In this document: positions 9,405 through 18,836 of the stretch, piece by piece
Layout: each line of letters starts with the position of its first letter
Numbering within the stretch: the stretch's first letter is position 1
Assembly (NCBI GenBank): GCA_050012135.1
Contig: JBEKHT010000006.1
Span: forward strand, 1,798-65,797
Direction of reading: 5' to 3'
Length of the DNA stretch: 64,000 bases
From: Anaerolineales bacterium
GTDB taxonomy: Bacteria; Chloroflexota; Anaerolineae; Anaerolineales; RBG-16-64-43
Notes under the pieces: model-generated
Database searches by the model: none
Seen by the model: the letters and a program-made list of their open reading frames with translations, nothing else
What the model was told of the DNA's origin: nothing
Made by a program: the position numbers and the translations under genes

Positions 9405-11573
9405 ATGCACCCTGAACTTCTGACTTGGCTGATCCCTTTCCCGCCCCTCTTGGCCTTTTTCCTGATCCTGCTTCTAACCCGCCGCGATCGAGCCTTGAGT
9501 CACACGGTGGCCATCGCCCTCCTGGGCGTCTCGTGGGTCCTTTCGATGGTCGTTTTTGTCGTCGCGGTCACCACCCGGGACCTGGCCAGCCACCCAATTC
9601 AGGCGTCCCTGCCCTGGTTCCCCACCGGGGAGGGGGTCTTCTCGATCGGGATTCTCGTCGATCCTCTTTCGGCCATCACCTTGTTTTTCGTTGCCTGGAC
9701 ACTCTTGGCCATTTTTGTCTACAGTGTCGGATACCATAATTTCGGCCAGCCGCCCGGCGAGAAGGATGTCCCGGGGCTTCCCCCCCAGGGGGCCGTCGTC
9801 CAGGGAAGGGATGGGGGCGTGCATCGGGTTCCTTCGGTCGAGCCGCTCTATTCTCGCTTCTTTGCCTTTATCTCCCTTTTTGCGTTTGGAATGCTCTTGC
9901 TGGTGGTCTCTGACAATCTCCTGACCCTGTACATCGGGTGGGAGGTTATGGGCTTATGTTCCTATTTGCTGATCGGGTTCTGGTTTGGAAAGGACAGCGC
10001 CAAGCGAGCCGCGGTTAAGGCCTTCATGACCACGCGGATCGGGGACGTCTTCATGCTGCTGGGCTTGGCCTATTTGTACACGGAGGCCGGTTCCCTGTCC
10101 TTTGGAGTCCTCTTCTCGCCACCGACTCTTCAACGGCTGGCTCAGAGCCCTTCCTACATCCCCGGCCTTTCGGTCGCAGGATTGGCTGGTCTTTTTCTTT
10201 TCGCCGGGACGATCGGGAAGTCAGCGCAGTGGCCGTTGCACGTGTGGCTCCCCGATGCGATGGAAGGTCCCACGCCCGTGTCCGCCCTGATCCATGCGGC
10301 CACCATGGTTTCGGCAGGCGTCTATCTGATCCTGCGGGCTTTCCCTCTGCTTCGCCTGGGCTTGCAGAACGGCCCCTCGACTACCCTGACCGTCGTCGCC
10401 TTTGTGGGCGCGTTCAGTGCGCTGTTCGCGGCCACGATTGCACTTGCGCAGAATGACATAAAGCGCGTGCTGGCCTACTCGACGATCTCCCAGCTCGGCT
10501 ACATGGTGGCTGCCGTGGGAATGGGGGCCTACGTCGCGGCCGCGTTTCACCTGGTGATACATGCGTTTTTCAAAGCTCTGCTCTTCCTCGGATCGGGGGC
10601 CGTGATCCATGGCATGGAGCACGGGGCCCAACACACCGAGAATCACCGCCTGGATCTCCAGGACATGATGAATATGGGTGGGTTGCGCCGGAAGATGCCT
10701 CTCACATTCTGGACCTTTCTCTTGGGAGGCTTGGCGCTCTCTGGATTTCCGCTCCTGACAGCAGGATTCTGGTCAAAGGATGAGATCCTGGCGGAGGCCT
10801 TCGGGCGAGGGCAGCTGGCCGTTTTCCTGACATTGGCCGCCGCGGCTCTTCTCACCGCCTTTTACACCGCCCGTCAGATCACCTTGACCTTCCTCGGAAC
10901 CGCTCGCACCCAGGAGGCGGAGCACGCTCAGGAAGCCCCCTGGATGATGACGGCGCCTCTCATTCTCCTCTCGATATTCTCGGTGGCCGCCGGATGGGTG
11001 GGCATCCCAGAGCATTTTCCCGTTCTGGGTGGCTTGGTGCCAGACTGGTTTGGTGAGTTTGTGGGATCCGCCTTCGGCGAGAGCCCGTCATTTGCCTGGA
11101 CTCCGCTCCTGATTTCGGTGCTGGTCGCCGGCACGGGGCTGTTCCTGGGATGGTGGCTCTACCGGAAACAATCCCTTGCGGTCCCGGACCCTCTGGCCCG
11201 GGCCCTCGGCCCAGTCCATACGCTGCTGCGCAGGAAGTACTTCTTCGACGAACTCTACGATATCGTCCTGGTTCGCCCGGCAAGGTGGTTTGGGGAGGTC
11301 TTTACCTATCTCTGGCTCGATCGGGGCCTAATCGACGGCTGCCTGCATGCCATCGCTCGGGCCGCCCTTGGCCTAGGCAAGGCCTTTCGATACGGCTTTG
11401 ACTTGCCCATCGTCAACGGCTTCGGCGACTTGGTGGGCAAGACAACCAAGCAAGCCGGTCGCGTGCTGAAGGTTGTTCAGACGGGCCGGGTTCAGCAGTA
11501 TCTCCTCTTCGTGCTGATCAACGTTTTGGTCGCCAGCACGGTCCTGTATTGCCTACTGGTTTTCCGTCGCTAG
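9405..11573 (+). CDS. nuoL: NADH-quinone oxidoreductase subunit L (lengthened)
   Basis: WEVMGLCSYLLIGFW, GKSAQWPLHVWLPDAMEGPTPVSALIHAATMV and C-terminal QTGRVQQY. Confidence 0.96.
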   Translation: MHPELLTWLIPFPPLLAFFLILLLTRRDRALSHTVAIALLGVSWVLSMVVFVVAVTTRDLASHPIQASLPWFPTGEGVFSIGILVDPLSAITLFFVAWTLLAIFVYSVGYHNFGQPPGEKDVPGLPPQGAVVQGRDGGVHRVPSVEPLYSRFFAFISLFAFGMLLLVVSDNLLTLYIGWEVMGLCSYLLIGFWFGKDSAKRAAVKAFMTTRIGDVFMLLGLAYLYTEAGSLSFGVLFSPPTLQRLAQSPSYIPGLSVAGLAGLFLFAGTIGKSAQWPLHVWLPDAMEGPTPVSALIHAATMVSAGVYLILRAFPLLRLGLQNGPSTTLTVVAFVGAFSALFAATIALAQNDIKRVLAYSTISQLGYMVAAVGMGAYVAAAFHLVIHAFFKALLFLGSGAVIHGMEHGAQHTENHRLDLQDMMNMGGLRRKMPLTFWTFLLGGLALSGFPLLTAGFWSKDEILAEAFGRGQLAVFLTLAAAALLTAFYTARQITLTFLGTARTQEAEHAQEAPWMMTAPLILLSIFSVAAGWVGIPEHFPVLGGLVPDWFGEFVGSAFGESPSFAWTPLLISVLVAGTGLFLGWWLYRKQSLAVPDPLARALGPVHTLLRRKYFFDELYDIVLVRPARWFGEVFTYLWLDRGLIDGCLHAIARAALGLGKAFRYGFDLPIVNGFGDLVGKTTKQAGRVLKVVQTGRVQQYLLFVLINVLVASTVLYCLLVFRR

Positions 11574-11597
11574 GAGAGCAAAGGCCGGGTCTTGAGC

Positions 11598-13118
11598 ATG
11601 GATTTCCTGAATGCACACCTGCTTACCCTGATTCTCTTCACGCCCACCGTTGCAGCCTTGCTTGTGCTCCTGATCCCCGCCGGGCAGGTCAGGGTCATTC
11701 GCTGGGTGGCCTTCATCGGCAGCCTGGTCCCCTTGGGCCTTTCCGTGTTCCTTTGGTTTGGCTATCACCCGGCCCAGGCGGGCTTCCAGTTCCAGGAGTT
11801 CGTCCCCTGGTACCAGGCGATCGGAGCCAACTACCACCTGGGAGTGGACGGCATCTCCGTACCGATGGTCGTGCTCACGACCCTGCTGTCGCCCCTGGCG
11901 ATCCTCGTTTCCTTCAGCGTCCGCGAAAGAGTCCGCGGGTACATGGCCCTGTTCTTGCTCTTGGAAACAGGCTTGCTGGGTGTGTTCCTCTCGCTCGACC
12001 TCCTGCTTTTTTTCGTTTTCTGGGAGGCGGGGCTCGTGCCCATGTACTTCCTCATCAATCAGTGGGGAAGCGAGAACCGCAACTACGCCTCTCTCAAGTT
12101 CTTGATCTACACGATGGGAGGCTCCCTCGGCCTCTTGCTGGCAATCCAGATGATCCGCCTGGTGGTGGGCTCCTTTGACTTCCCGGTCTTGTATTCACAA
12201 TGGACCTCGCTGAGTGGCACCCTGTTCGGGATCCCGGTGGGGACGGTCAAAATCCTGGCGTTCTGGGCCTTCGTCATTGCTTTTGCCGTCAAGATCCCGA
12301 TCTGGCCCTTCCACACCTGGCTCCCGGATGCACATACCGAGGCTCCGACGGCCGCCTCGATCATTCTGGCTGGGGTGATGCTCAAGCTGGGGGCGTACGG
12401 GTTCCTGCGGCTTGTGCTGCCCCTCTACCCGCTCGAGGCTCACAACTTTGCAGGAGTGCTCGGGGCTCTGGCGGTCGCGGGGATCGTCTTGGGAGCGTTC
12501 GCCTCCTGGGGGCAAACAGACTTCAAACGGCTGGTCGCCTACTCTTCGGTCAACCACATGGGCTTCGTCGTCCTGGGGATCGCTGCCGCCGCGTGGGCCA
12601 GGGGCTCGGCCTCCAGCAGCGATGCGGTCCTGGCCCTGAACGGGGCCGTCCTGCAGATGTTCAACCACGGCTTGAGTGCGGCCGGCATGTTCCTGCTGGT
12701 GGGGGTGCTTTACGAGCGGACTCACACCCGCCAGCTTAACGACTACGGGGGACTGTTTCCGCTGGCCCCGCTGTACGGCGGGATTCTCATCTTCACCTCG
12801 ATGGGATCCCTCGGTCTCCCGGGTCTGGGTGGCTTCATCTCCGAATTCTTGGTGGTGCGAGGGAGTTGGCCGATTTTCACCCTGTATACCGCGATCGGGA
12901 TGATCGGGTTGCTGATCACTGGGGCGTACATCCTTAAAGCGGTTCAGAAGGTCCTGCACGGCCCCGTCAGCACTCGCTGGCAGGGGCACTCCTTGGAGAT
13001 GGGTGCGCGTGAAATAGTCGCGATTTCGCCCCTGATGATCCTGATGCTGGCCATTGGAATCTGGCCAGCCTGGATCCTGAACATGATCAATGCCGCGGTG
13101 ACCCGATTGATCGGTTAG
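11598..13118 (+). CDS. nuoM: NADH-quinone oxidoreductase subunit M (copy 1)
   Basis: LGVDGIS, FFVFWE, KIPIWPFHTWLPDAHTEAPT and AYSSVNHMG. Confidence 0.94.
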   Translation: MDFLNAHLLTLILFTPTVAALLVLLIPAGQVRVIRWVAFIGSLVPLGLSVFLWFGYHPAQAGFQFQEFVPWYQAIGANYHLGVDGISVPMVVLTTLLSPLAILVSFSVRERVRGYMALFLLLETGLLGVFLSLDLLLFFVFWEAGLVPMYFLINQWGSENRNYASLKFLIYTMGGSLGLLLAIQMIRLVVGSFDFPVLYSQWTSLSGTLFGIPVGTVKILAFWAFVIAFAVKIPIWPFHTWLPDAHTEAPTAASIILAGVMLKLGAYGFLRLVLPLYPLEAHNFAGVLGALAVAGIVLGAFASWGQTDFKRLVAYSSVNHMGFVVLGIAAAAWARGSASSSDAVLALNGAVLQMFNHGLSAAGMFLLVGVLYERTHTRQLNDYGGLFPLAPLYGGILIFTSMGSLGLPGLGGFISEFLVVRGSWPIFTLYTAIGMIGLLITGAYILKAVQKVLHGPVSTRWQGHSLEMGAREIVAISPLMILMLAIGIWPAWILNMINAAVTRLIG

Positions 13119-13220
13119 AGACGATCGGGAAAGTCGAGAGCGGTGGTTGAGGCGGTAGCCACACCCCTCCGAGGGACGGCCGAGCCGACCTGCACAGGGC
13201 CGAGTAGGTGAGGTAACCGG

Positions 13221-14690
13221 ATGTCGTTTCCGATTCTCAGTGTCATCGTTTTCACACCCATCGTCACCGCCCTCGTCATCCTGCTCCTTCCCGCCGAGAG
13301 GAAGCGGGCCATTCGCTGGACGGCCTTGGCCGGTGCCGTGCTGGCTCTGCTCCTTTCTGTGGTCACTTACTTCTCCTACGACATCCACGCCGGCGGGTAC
13401 CAGTTTGTCGAAAAAGTGCCCTGGGTGCCCGAATGGGGAATCTCGTATCACGTCGGGGTGAATGGGCTTAATCTGCCGCTCGTGTTGCTGACCGGGCTGG
13501 TCATGTTCACCGGTGTGCTCATTTCGTGGGGCATGGAAGAACGACCCCGCGAGTTCTTTGCCTTCCTTTTCATCTTGGCCACGGGGGTTTTTGGTGCGTT
13601 TGTATCGCTGGATATGTTCCAACTCTTCTTTTTCTATGAGATGGCGGTCTTCCCCATGTATTTGTTGATCTCCCTATGGGGCTGGCCCAAGATGCGCGAA
13701 TATGCCGCCATGAAGCTCACGTTGTATCTCTTCGTGGGTTCCATGCTGGCGCTGGTCGGTGCCCTGGCCATGTATTTCGCCTCGGGACTGCACACATTTG
13801 ACATGCTGGTTCTGGAGCATGCCGGGTTCACGGTTGCGTTCCAGCGGCTCTGGTTCCCGGTGGTCTTTTTGGGATTTGCCGTGCTGGGAGGCCTCTTTCC
13901 ATTCCACAACTGGAGCCCCGACGGCTATGCGGCGGCGCCTACCGCGGCTTCGATGTTCCACGCAGGGGTGCTGAAGAACCTGGGCGCATTTGCCGCCCTG
14001 CGGGTGGGGATCATGCTTCTGCCAGAGGGGGCGCGCTTTCACATGTCCTGGGTTATTCTCCTGGCCCTTATCAATGTGATCTATGCCTCGCTGATCGCAA
14101 TGGTACAGACCGACCTGAAATATGTCATTGGCTTTTCCTCGGTCTCGCACATGGGGCTCGTCATGCTTGGGCTGGCCTCCCTCTCCCCGCTTGGCTACCT
14201 GGGGGCCGGATTGCAGATGTTCTCCCACGGCGTGATGACGGCCCTTTTCTTTGCTGTGGTCGGCATGGTGTACGACCGTGCTCACACCCGCGAAATCCCC
14301 AAACTTGGCGGGTTTGCCAAAAAGATGCCGCTGGCAGCCATCGCCTTTATCCTGGGGGGCTTGGCCTCCATGGGCATGCCTGGACTCTCAGGATTCGTGG
14401 CAGAGTTCCCTCTTCTGCTGGGTGTCTGGCAAAGATACCCCCTAGTCGCCATCGTGGCCTGCGTCGGGGTTGTGGTCACCGCGGCCTACATCCTGCTCTT
14501 GATCCGCCGGGTGTTCTTCGGCACCATGCCGGCGGAATTGGAGCGGCAGGTCGGAGATATCACCGTGTTGGACAAGGTCGCGTTAGGGCTGCTGGCCTTC
14601 ATCCTGCTCGCGTTGGGGCTTTACCCGACCTGGATGGCCCCCCTCGTTCAGTCGGGCGTTGCCGGCGTAATGAGGCTTCTCGGTGCCTAA
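13221..14690 (+). CDS. nuoM: NADH-quinone oxidoreductase subunit M (copy 2)
   Basis: Second, divergent NuoM: FFFYE, PFHNWSPDGYAAAPT, SSVSHMG and GMPGLSGFVAE. Confidence 0.92.
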   Translation: MSFPILSVIVFTPIVTALVILLLPAERKRAIRWTALAGAVLALLLSVVTYFSYDIHAGGYQFVEKVPWVPEWGISYHVGVNGLNLPLVLLTGLVMFTGVLISWGMEERPREFFAFLFILATGVFGAFVSLDMFQLFFFYEMAVFPMYLLISLWGWPKMREYAAMKLTLYLFVGSMLALVGALAMYFASGLHTFDMLVLEHAGFTVAFQRLWFPVVFLGFAVLGGLFPFHNWSPDGYAAAPTAASMFHAGVLKNLGAFAALRVGIMLLPEGARFHMSWVILLALINVIYASLIAMVQTDLKYVIGFSSVSHMGLVMLGLASLSPLGYLGAGLQMFSHGVMTALFFAVVGMVYDRAHTREIPKLGGFAKKMPLAAIAFILGGLASMGMPGLSGFVAEFPLLLGVWQRYPLVAIVACVGVVVTAAYILLLIRRVFFGTMPAELERQVGDITVLDKVALGLLAFILLALGLYPTWMAPLVQSGVAGVMRLLGA

Positions 14691-14756
14691 GATGACCTTG
14701 GAAGAGTCTGCCTTTGGAGCGGGCCGCTTCGGATTGGCCCGAGGAAATGCGCGCTG

Positions 14757-16190
14757 ATGCCTGCACTGCTTGCGCTCATTCCTGAGATTGCGATCCTCGT
14801 TCTGGCCGTGTTGGTCATGGCCCTCGATCTCCTCTTGAGATCCCGTGGGGGCCGGCGGCTGGGACAGGTGACCGCGGCGGGGCTGGCGATCATTTTTGTC
14901 GTATCCCTGATCGCATCCCTGCGGCCCGGCCCAGCCCAGATCTTCGGCAGCATGCTCCGCTCCGACGCCCTGGCCCACGGATTTCGCCTCATCGTGTTGT
15001 TTGCCTCCATGATCACAGCCCTGATCTCGATGGATGTGCCTGGGGTTGGGGACCGGGGAGAGTACTACGGCTTGATGTTGGTCTCGACCCTAGGCATGGA
15101 TCTGATGGCCGCCTCGAGTGACCTGGTCATGCTTTACTTGGCGATCGAGACGACTTCCATTCCCTTGTATCTGCTTTCGGGCTATTTCCGGGGGGAGAGG
15201 CGATCGGTTGAGGCCGGCCTCAAGTACTTCCTGTTTGGGGCCGCGGCTTCGGCGGCCATGCTCTTCGGCTTCAGCTGGCTGTATGGGTTCTCGGGGGAAA
15301 CAAGCTTGGTCGGAATCGCGCAGGCGGCGGCCAGCGGTTCCTTGCCTCTGACTCTCTGGGTGGGCTCTGCGGTCCTGGTGCTGGTGGGTTTCGGTTTCAA
15401 GGTCTCGGCGGTCCCGTTTCATTTCTGGGCTCCGGATGTCTACGAAGGGGCGCCCACCCCGATCACCGCGTTCATCTCCACCGCCTCCAAAGCCGCGGGC
15501 TTCGCGGTGCTGGCGCGGGTCATGCTCAGCGTCTTCACCCCGGTGATTACCCCGTACTGGGGAGCGCTCATCGCCGCCATGGCGGTGGCCAGCATGACTC
15601 TAGGCAACATCCTGGCTTTGGCTCAGCAGAACCTGAAGCGGCTACTAGCCTACTCCTCCATTGCCCATGCGGGCTATGCCTTGGTGGGCCTTGCGGCTCT
15701 CTCCTCTATGGGCTTGGCGGGAACCATCTTCTATTTGGTGGCCTATGTCATCACGAACTTGGCCGCCTTTACCATTGTGATTGTGGTCTCCCGAACCGTG
15801 GGATCGGATGACGTCGCCCGCTTTGCCGGACTGAGCCGCCGGTCTCCAGGACTGGCTCTGGCCCTGCTCGTGTCCTTGCTCTCGCTGGCCGGGATCCCTC
15901 CCTTTGCCGGATTTGTGGGCAAGGTGTTTGTTTTCGCTGCGGCCGTGCAGTCGGGCTTGGTTTGGCTCGCCATCGTGGGGGTCCTCAACTCCATTGTCGG
16001 GCTGTACTACTACTTGATTGTCCTCAAGGTGGTCTACCTTAACCCGTCCGAAGACGAGGGCAAGCCAATGCCGATCCCGGTTCCCGCTCGCTGGGCTTTG
16101 GGCCTGACAATTGCTGGTATCCTTGGGGTCGGGCTGGTTTCGGGACCTTGGTTTGGCTGGGCCATGGGGGCCGCCCGCGTGCTCTTCTAG
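14757..16190 (+). CDS. nuoN: NADH-quinone oxidoreductase subunit N
   Basis: EAGLKYFLFG, FKVSAVPFHFWAPDVYEGAPTP, KRLLAYSSIAHAGY and GIPPFAGFVGK. Confidence 0.96.
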   Translation: MPALLALIPEIAILVLAVLVMALDLLLRSRGGRRLGQVTAAGLAIIFVVSLIASLRPGPAQIFGSMLRSDALAHGFRLIVLFASMITALISMDVPGVGDRGEYYGLMLVSTLGMDLMAASSDLVMLYLAIETTSIPLYLLSGYFRGERRSVEAGLKYFLFGAAASAAMLFGFSWLYGFSGETSLVGIAQAAASGSLPLTLWVGSAVLVLVGFGFKVSAVPFHFWAPDVYEGAPTPITAFISTASKAAGFAVLARVMLSVFTPVITPYWGALIAAMAVASMTLGNILALAQQNLKRLLAYSSIAHAGYALVGLAALSSMGLAGTIFYLVAYVITNLAAFTIVIVVSRTVGSDDVARFAGLSRRSPGLALALLVSLLSLAGIPPFAGFVGKVFVFAAAVQSGLVWLAIVGVLNSIVGLYYYLIVLKVVYLNPSEDEGKPMPIPVPARWALGLTIAGILGVGLVSGPWFGWAMGAARVLF

Positions 16191-16259
16191 CCTGCTCTGG
16201 TTGTGCCCGTTCGGAGAGTTCGCTCCTCCCGATTGACCGAGGGACGGCATTGTGTTCAA

Positions 16260-16586
16260 ATGAGCGACGTTGGACCGGAGGAGAATAGCGCCAGGCGCCG
16301 TCCGGATGGTTACGCGATCTGGGGTCGGATTGCCCAGGCGGTCGTCCGGGTAGCCCTGGCCACCTTTGCGGTTCTGGCGGTCGCCGTGGGCGGGGGATGG
16401 TGGCTGGACCTCCGCCTGGGTACGCGGCCGAGTTTCATGATCCTGTTTGTCCTGGTCAGCTTCCCGATCACGTTATTCCTTATCACTCGCATCGTCTATC
16501 GGACCGCGCGCCGATCGGACCCGGCTCGATCGGGGGGCCCCGACGGGGTGGGAGAGGATGACCGCCGCAACCTCAAGCAAACCTGA
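16260..16586 (+). CDS. AtpZ/AtpI-like small membrane protein (ATP synthase accessory)
   Basis: Two TM helices around GWWLDLRLGTRP (ATPase gene-1 type pattern); directly upstream of and overlapping atpB. Confidence 0.75.
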   Translation: MSDVGPEENSARRRPDGYAIWGRIAQAVVRVALATFAVLAVAVGGGWWLDLRLGTRPSFMILFVLVSFPITLFLITRIVYRTARRSDPARSGGPDGVGEDDRRNLKQT

Positions 16587-17553
16587 ATTGAAAAAACAGA
16601 GATGGGGAACGGCCATATGGCTCGTCCTCCTCTTCATCGTCTTAGGAACCGTAGGCGCGATCTTCTTTCCACCCATTCGGCCGAGCATTGAACTGGCCGG
16701 GGAGGAGCTCGGCCGGCCCCTGGTCACGCTGCCTGTGCTTGGGGCCATCGGCCTGACCAACACCTTGATCGCCACCCTCCTGATGGACCTGCTATTGCTC
16801 GGGTTGGTGGTCGCCTTCCAGCGAGCGGTCAAGGACGAGAACAGCATTCCGGGAGGCATCGTCGGTGCTCTGGAAGCGGCCCTGGAGTGGCTGTACCAGA
16901 TCGCCGAATCGACCGCGGGGAAGTGGGCGCGGGCCATCTTCCCGTTCATGGCGACGACGGTGCTGATGGTGTTGCTCGCGAACTGGATGGAGCTCATCCC
17001 GTTTGTAGATAGCTTCGGGCGCGTGGTGCCCGTCCAGTCAGGCCAAACCGGCTACCTCGTGCGTCCGTTGGGGCCGATCGAGGCTCTGGTGCAAACGCAA
17101 TCCGGGGCCGGTTCGGCCGAACGCTACGCGTTGATCCCCTACGTGCGGGTGGCTTCCACGGATTTGAACTTCACCATCGCGCTGGCGCTGGTGGTGATGA
17201 CCATGGTCCAGGTGATGGGCTTTCGCTCCCAGGGGTTTGGCTACCTGGGCAAATTCTTCCAATTCAGGAATCTGTTTCGCAAGCCATTCCTCGGCCTGAT
17301 CGACCTGTTCGTGGGTTTTCTGGAGCTGATCCAGGAGTTTTTCCGAGTGATCTCGCTCTCCTTCCGGTTGTTTGGGAATCTATTTGCGGGTTCGGTCTTG
17401 CTGATTGTCGTCGGAAGCCTGGTTCCCGTTGCCGCTCAGTCCGGCCTCCTGCTTTTTGAACTCCTGATCGGGCTCATCCAGGCCCTGGTGTTTGGAATGC
17501 TCACGCTGATCTTCATGTCTATGGCCACTGCGGGCCATGGATCGGAAGCCTGA
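16558..17553 (+). CDS. atpB: F0F1 ATP synthase subunit a
   Basis: STDLNFT, ISLSFRLFGNLFAG (conserved Arg) and IQALVFGMLT. Confidence 0.95.
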   Translation: MTAATSSKPELKKQRWGTAIWLVLLFIVLGTVGAIFFPPIRPSIELAGEELGRPLVTLPVLGAIGLTNTLIATLLMDLLLLGLVVAFQRAVKDENSIPGGIVGALEAALEWLYQIAESTAGKWARAIFPFMATTVLMVLLANWMELIPFVDSFGRVVPVQSGQTGYLVRPLGPIEALVQTQSGAGSAERYALIPYVRVASTDLNFTIALALVVMTMVQVMGFRSQGFGYLGKFFQFRNLFRKPFLGLIDLFVGFLELIQEFFRVISLSFRLFGNLFAGSVLLIVVGSLVPVAAQSGLLLFELLIGLIQALVFGMLTLIFMSMATAGHGSEA

Positions 17554-17622
17554 TTCCGCTGGGGAGGTCTCGGGCCCGGATGGGCCCTGCCAAGCCAACG
17601 AACCCATGGAGGACATGACACC

Positions 17623-17868
17623 ATGACGGCGGATGTCGCACTGATCTTGATCCGAGGGCTTAGGTTCCTGGGTGCCGCGGTGGCCATGACGGGTGCAATT
17701 GGAGCCGGACTCGGGGTGGGACTGATCGGCTATTCAGCTCTTCAAGGCATGGCGCGCAATCCGGAGGCGTCCGGCATGTTGCAGACCACCATGATCCTGG
17801 CCATTGCTTTGTGCGAGGCGATTGCCATCTACTGTCTCGTGGCGGCTCTGTTGATTCTGTTCGTGTGA
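17623..17868 (+). CDS. atpE: F0F1 ATP synthase subunit c
   Basis: GAGLGVG glycine motif, ARNPE loop and conserved Glu in ALCEAIAIY; no Na+-type Q/E-S/T signature, so probably H+-coupled. Confidence 0.95.
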   Translation: MTADVALILIRGLRFLGAAVAMTGAIGAGLGVGLIGYSALQGMARNPEASGMLQTTMILAIALCEAIAIYCLVAALLILFV

Positions 17869-17914
17869 AGGCTCTCGCCTGCCGTCCCGGCGGGATGCGG
17901 TGAGGAGCAGAGGC

Positions 17915-18655
17915 ATGCAAGCATTGGGTATCAATCTCGGCTACCTTCTGGTTCAGATCCTCAATTTCCTGATCATGCTGGTGATCCTGCGCAAGTGGGT
18001 CTACCCGCCCCTGCTTAAGATGCTGGAATCGCGGCGCCAGAAGATCGCTCAGAGCATGAGCGACGCTCGCGTGGTGGCCGAGGCCCGGGCGAATGCGGAG
18101 AAGGAGGCCGCGCGGGTTCTGGCCGAAGGCCAGCAGCAGGCGGCCCAGCGCCTGAAGGACACCACCGACCGCGCCGACGCGATCCTGCAGGAGATGCGCG
18201 CAGCCGTGCAGCGCGAACTCGAAGACGTGCGCAAAGCGGCCACCGCAGAAGCCGAGGCCGAACGCAACCGCATCCTGGCGGAACTGCGAGGAGAGATTGC
18301 AGGCTTGGCCATAGCGGCTGCCCAAAAACTCATTGGAGAGGTGCTGGACGAAGAACGCCAGCGGGAATTGATCAACAACTTCTTCAGCGGCGTCCGAAGT
18401 GGGAAAGTGGAAGTCCTTCAAGACATCTCCACCCTGCCGGGGGCCACGGCAGAAGTGGTTAGCGCTCTGCCTCTCACCGAGGCGGAAGAAGATGTGGTCC
18501 GCCGCGACATGGTGGCACGCATGGGGGGGAGCGCGACCCTCTCGTTCCGCGTCGACCCCACCATCCTGGGCGGCCTCAAGATCCGGATCGGAGACCGCGT
18601 TCTGGACGGATCCGTCGCTGGCCAACTGGGCAGCCTTCGCGAGTCTCTGCACTGA
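17915..18655 (+). CDS. atpF: ATP synthase subunit b fused to a delta (C-terminal) domain
   Basis: b-subunit N-terminus (QILNFLI..., coiled coil) followed by delta C-terminal motifs VVSALPL and VDPTILGGLKIRIGDRVLDGSV. Confidence 0.9.
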   Translation: MQALGINLGYLLVQILNFLIMLVILRKWVYPPLLKMLESRRQKIAQSMSDARVVAEARANAEKEAARVLAEGQQQAAQRLKDTTDRADAILQEMRAAVQRELEDVRKAATAEAEAERNRILAELRGEIAGLAIAAAQKLIGEVLDEERQRELINNFFSGVRSGKVEVLQDISTLPGATAEVVSALPLTEAEEDVVRRDMVARMGGSATLSFRVDPTILGGLKIRIGDRVLDGSVAGQLGSLRESLH

Positions 18656-18836
18656 GCCAGGAGGCCGTGAGTTTCCAGGATCTGGCGGATCATCCGGGCT
18701 GAGGACGGTCCCCGTAGGTTGAACGGCTCCGAGGCGAAGAAGGCCCGGAGCCTTTTCACTGTGCCTCCAGGACGGTTATACTCGGCTCGACCGGAAGAGC
18801 GGGCAACATCCTCCTGGGCCCTCGGAGTCGAGTGTA

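Noticed and set aside
17623-17868. Na+-coupled ATP synthase or N-ATPase
   Set aside because: Subunit c lacks the Na+-binding Q...ES/T signature, and the gene order is not that of N-ATPase operons.
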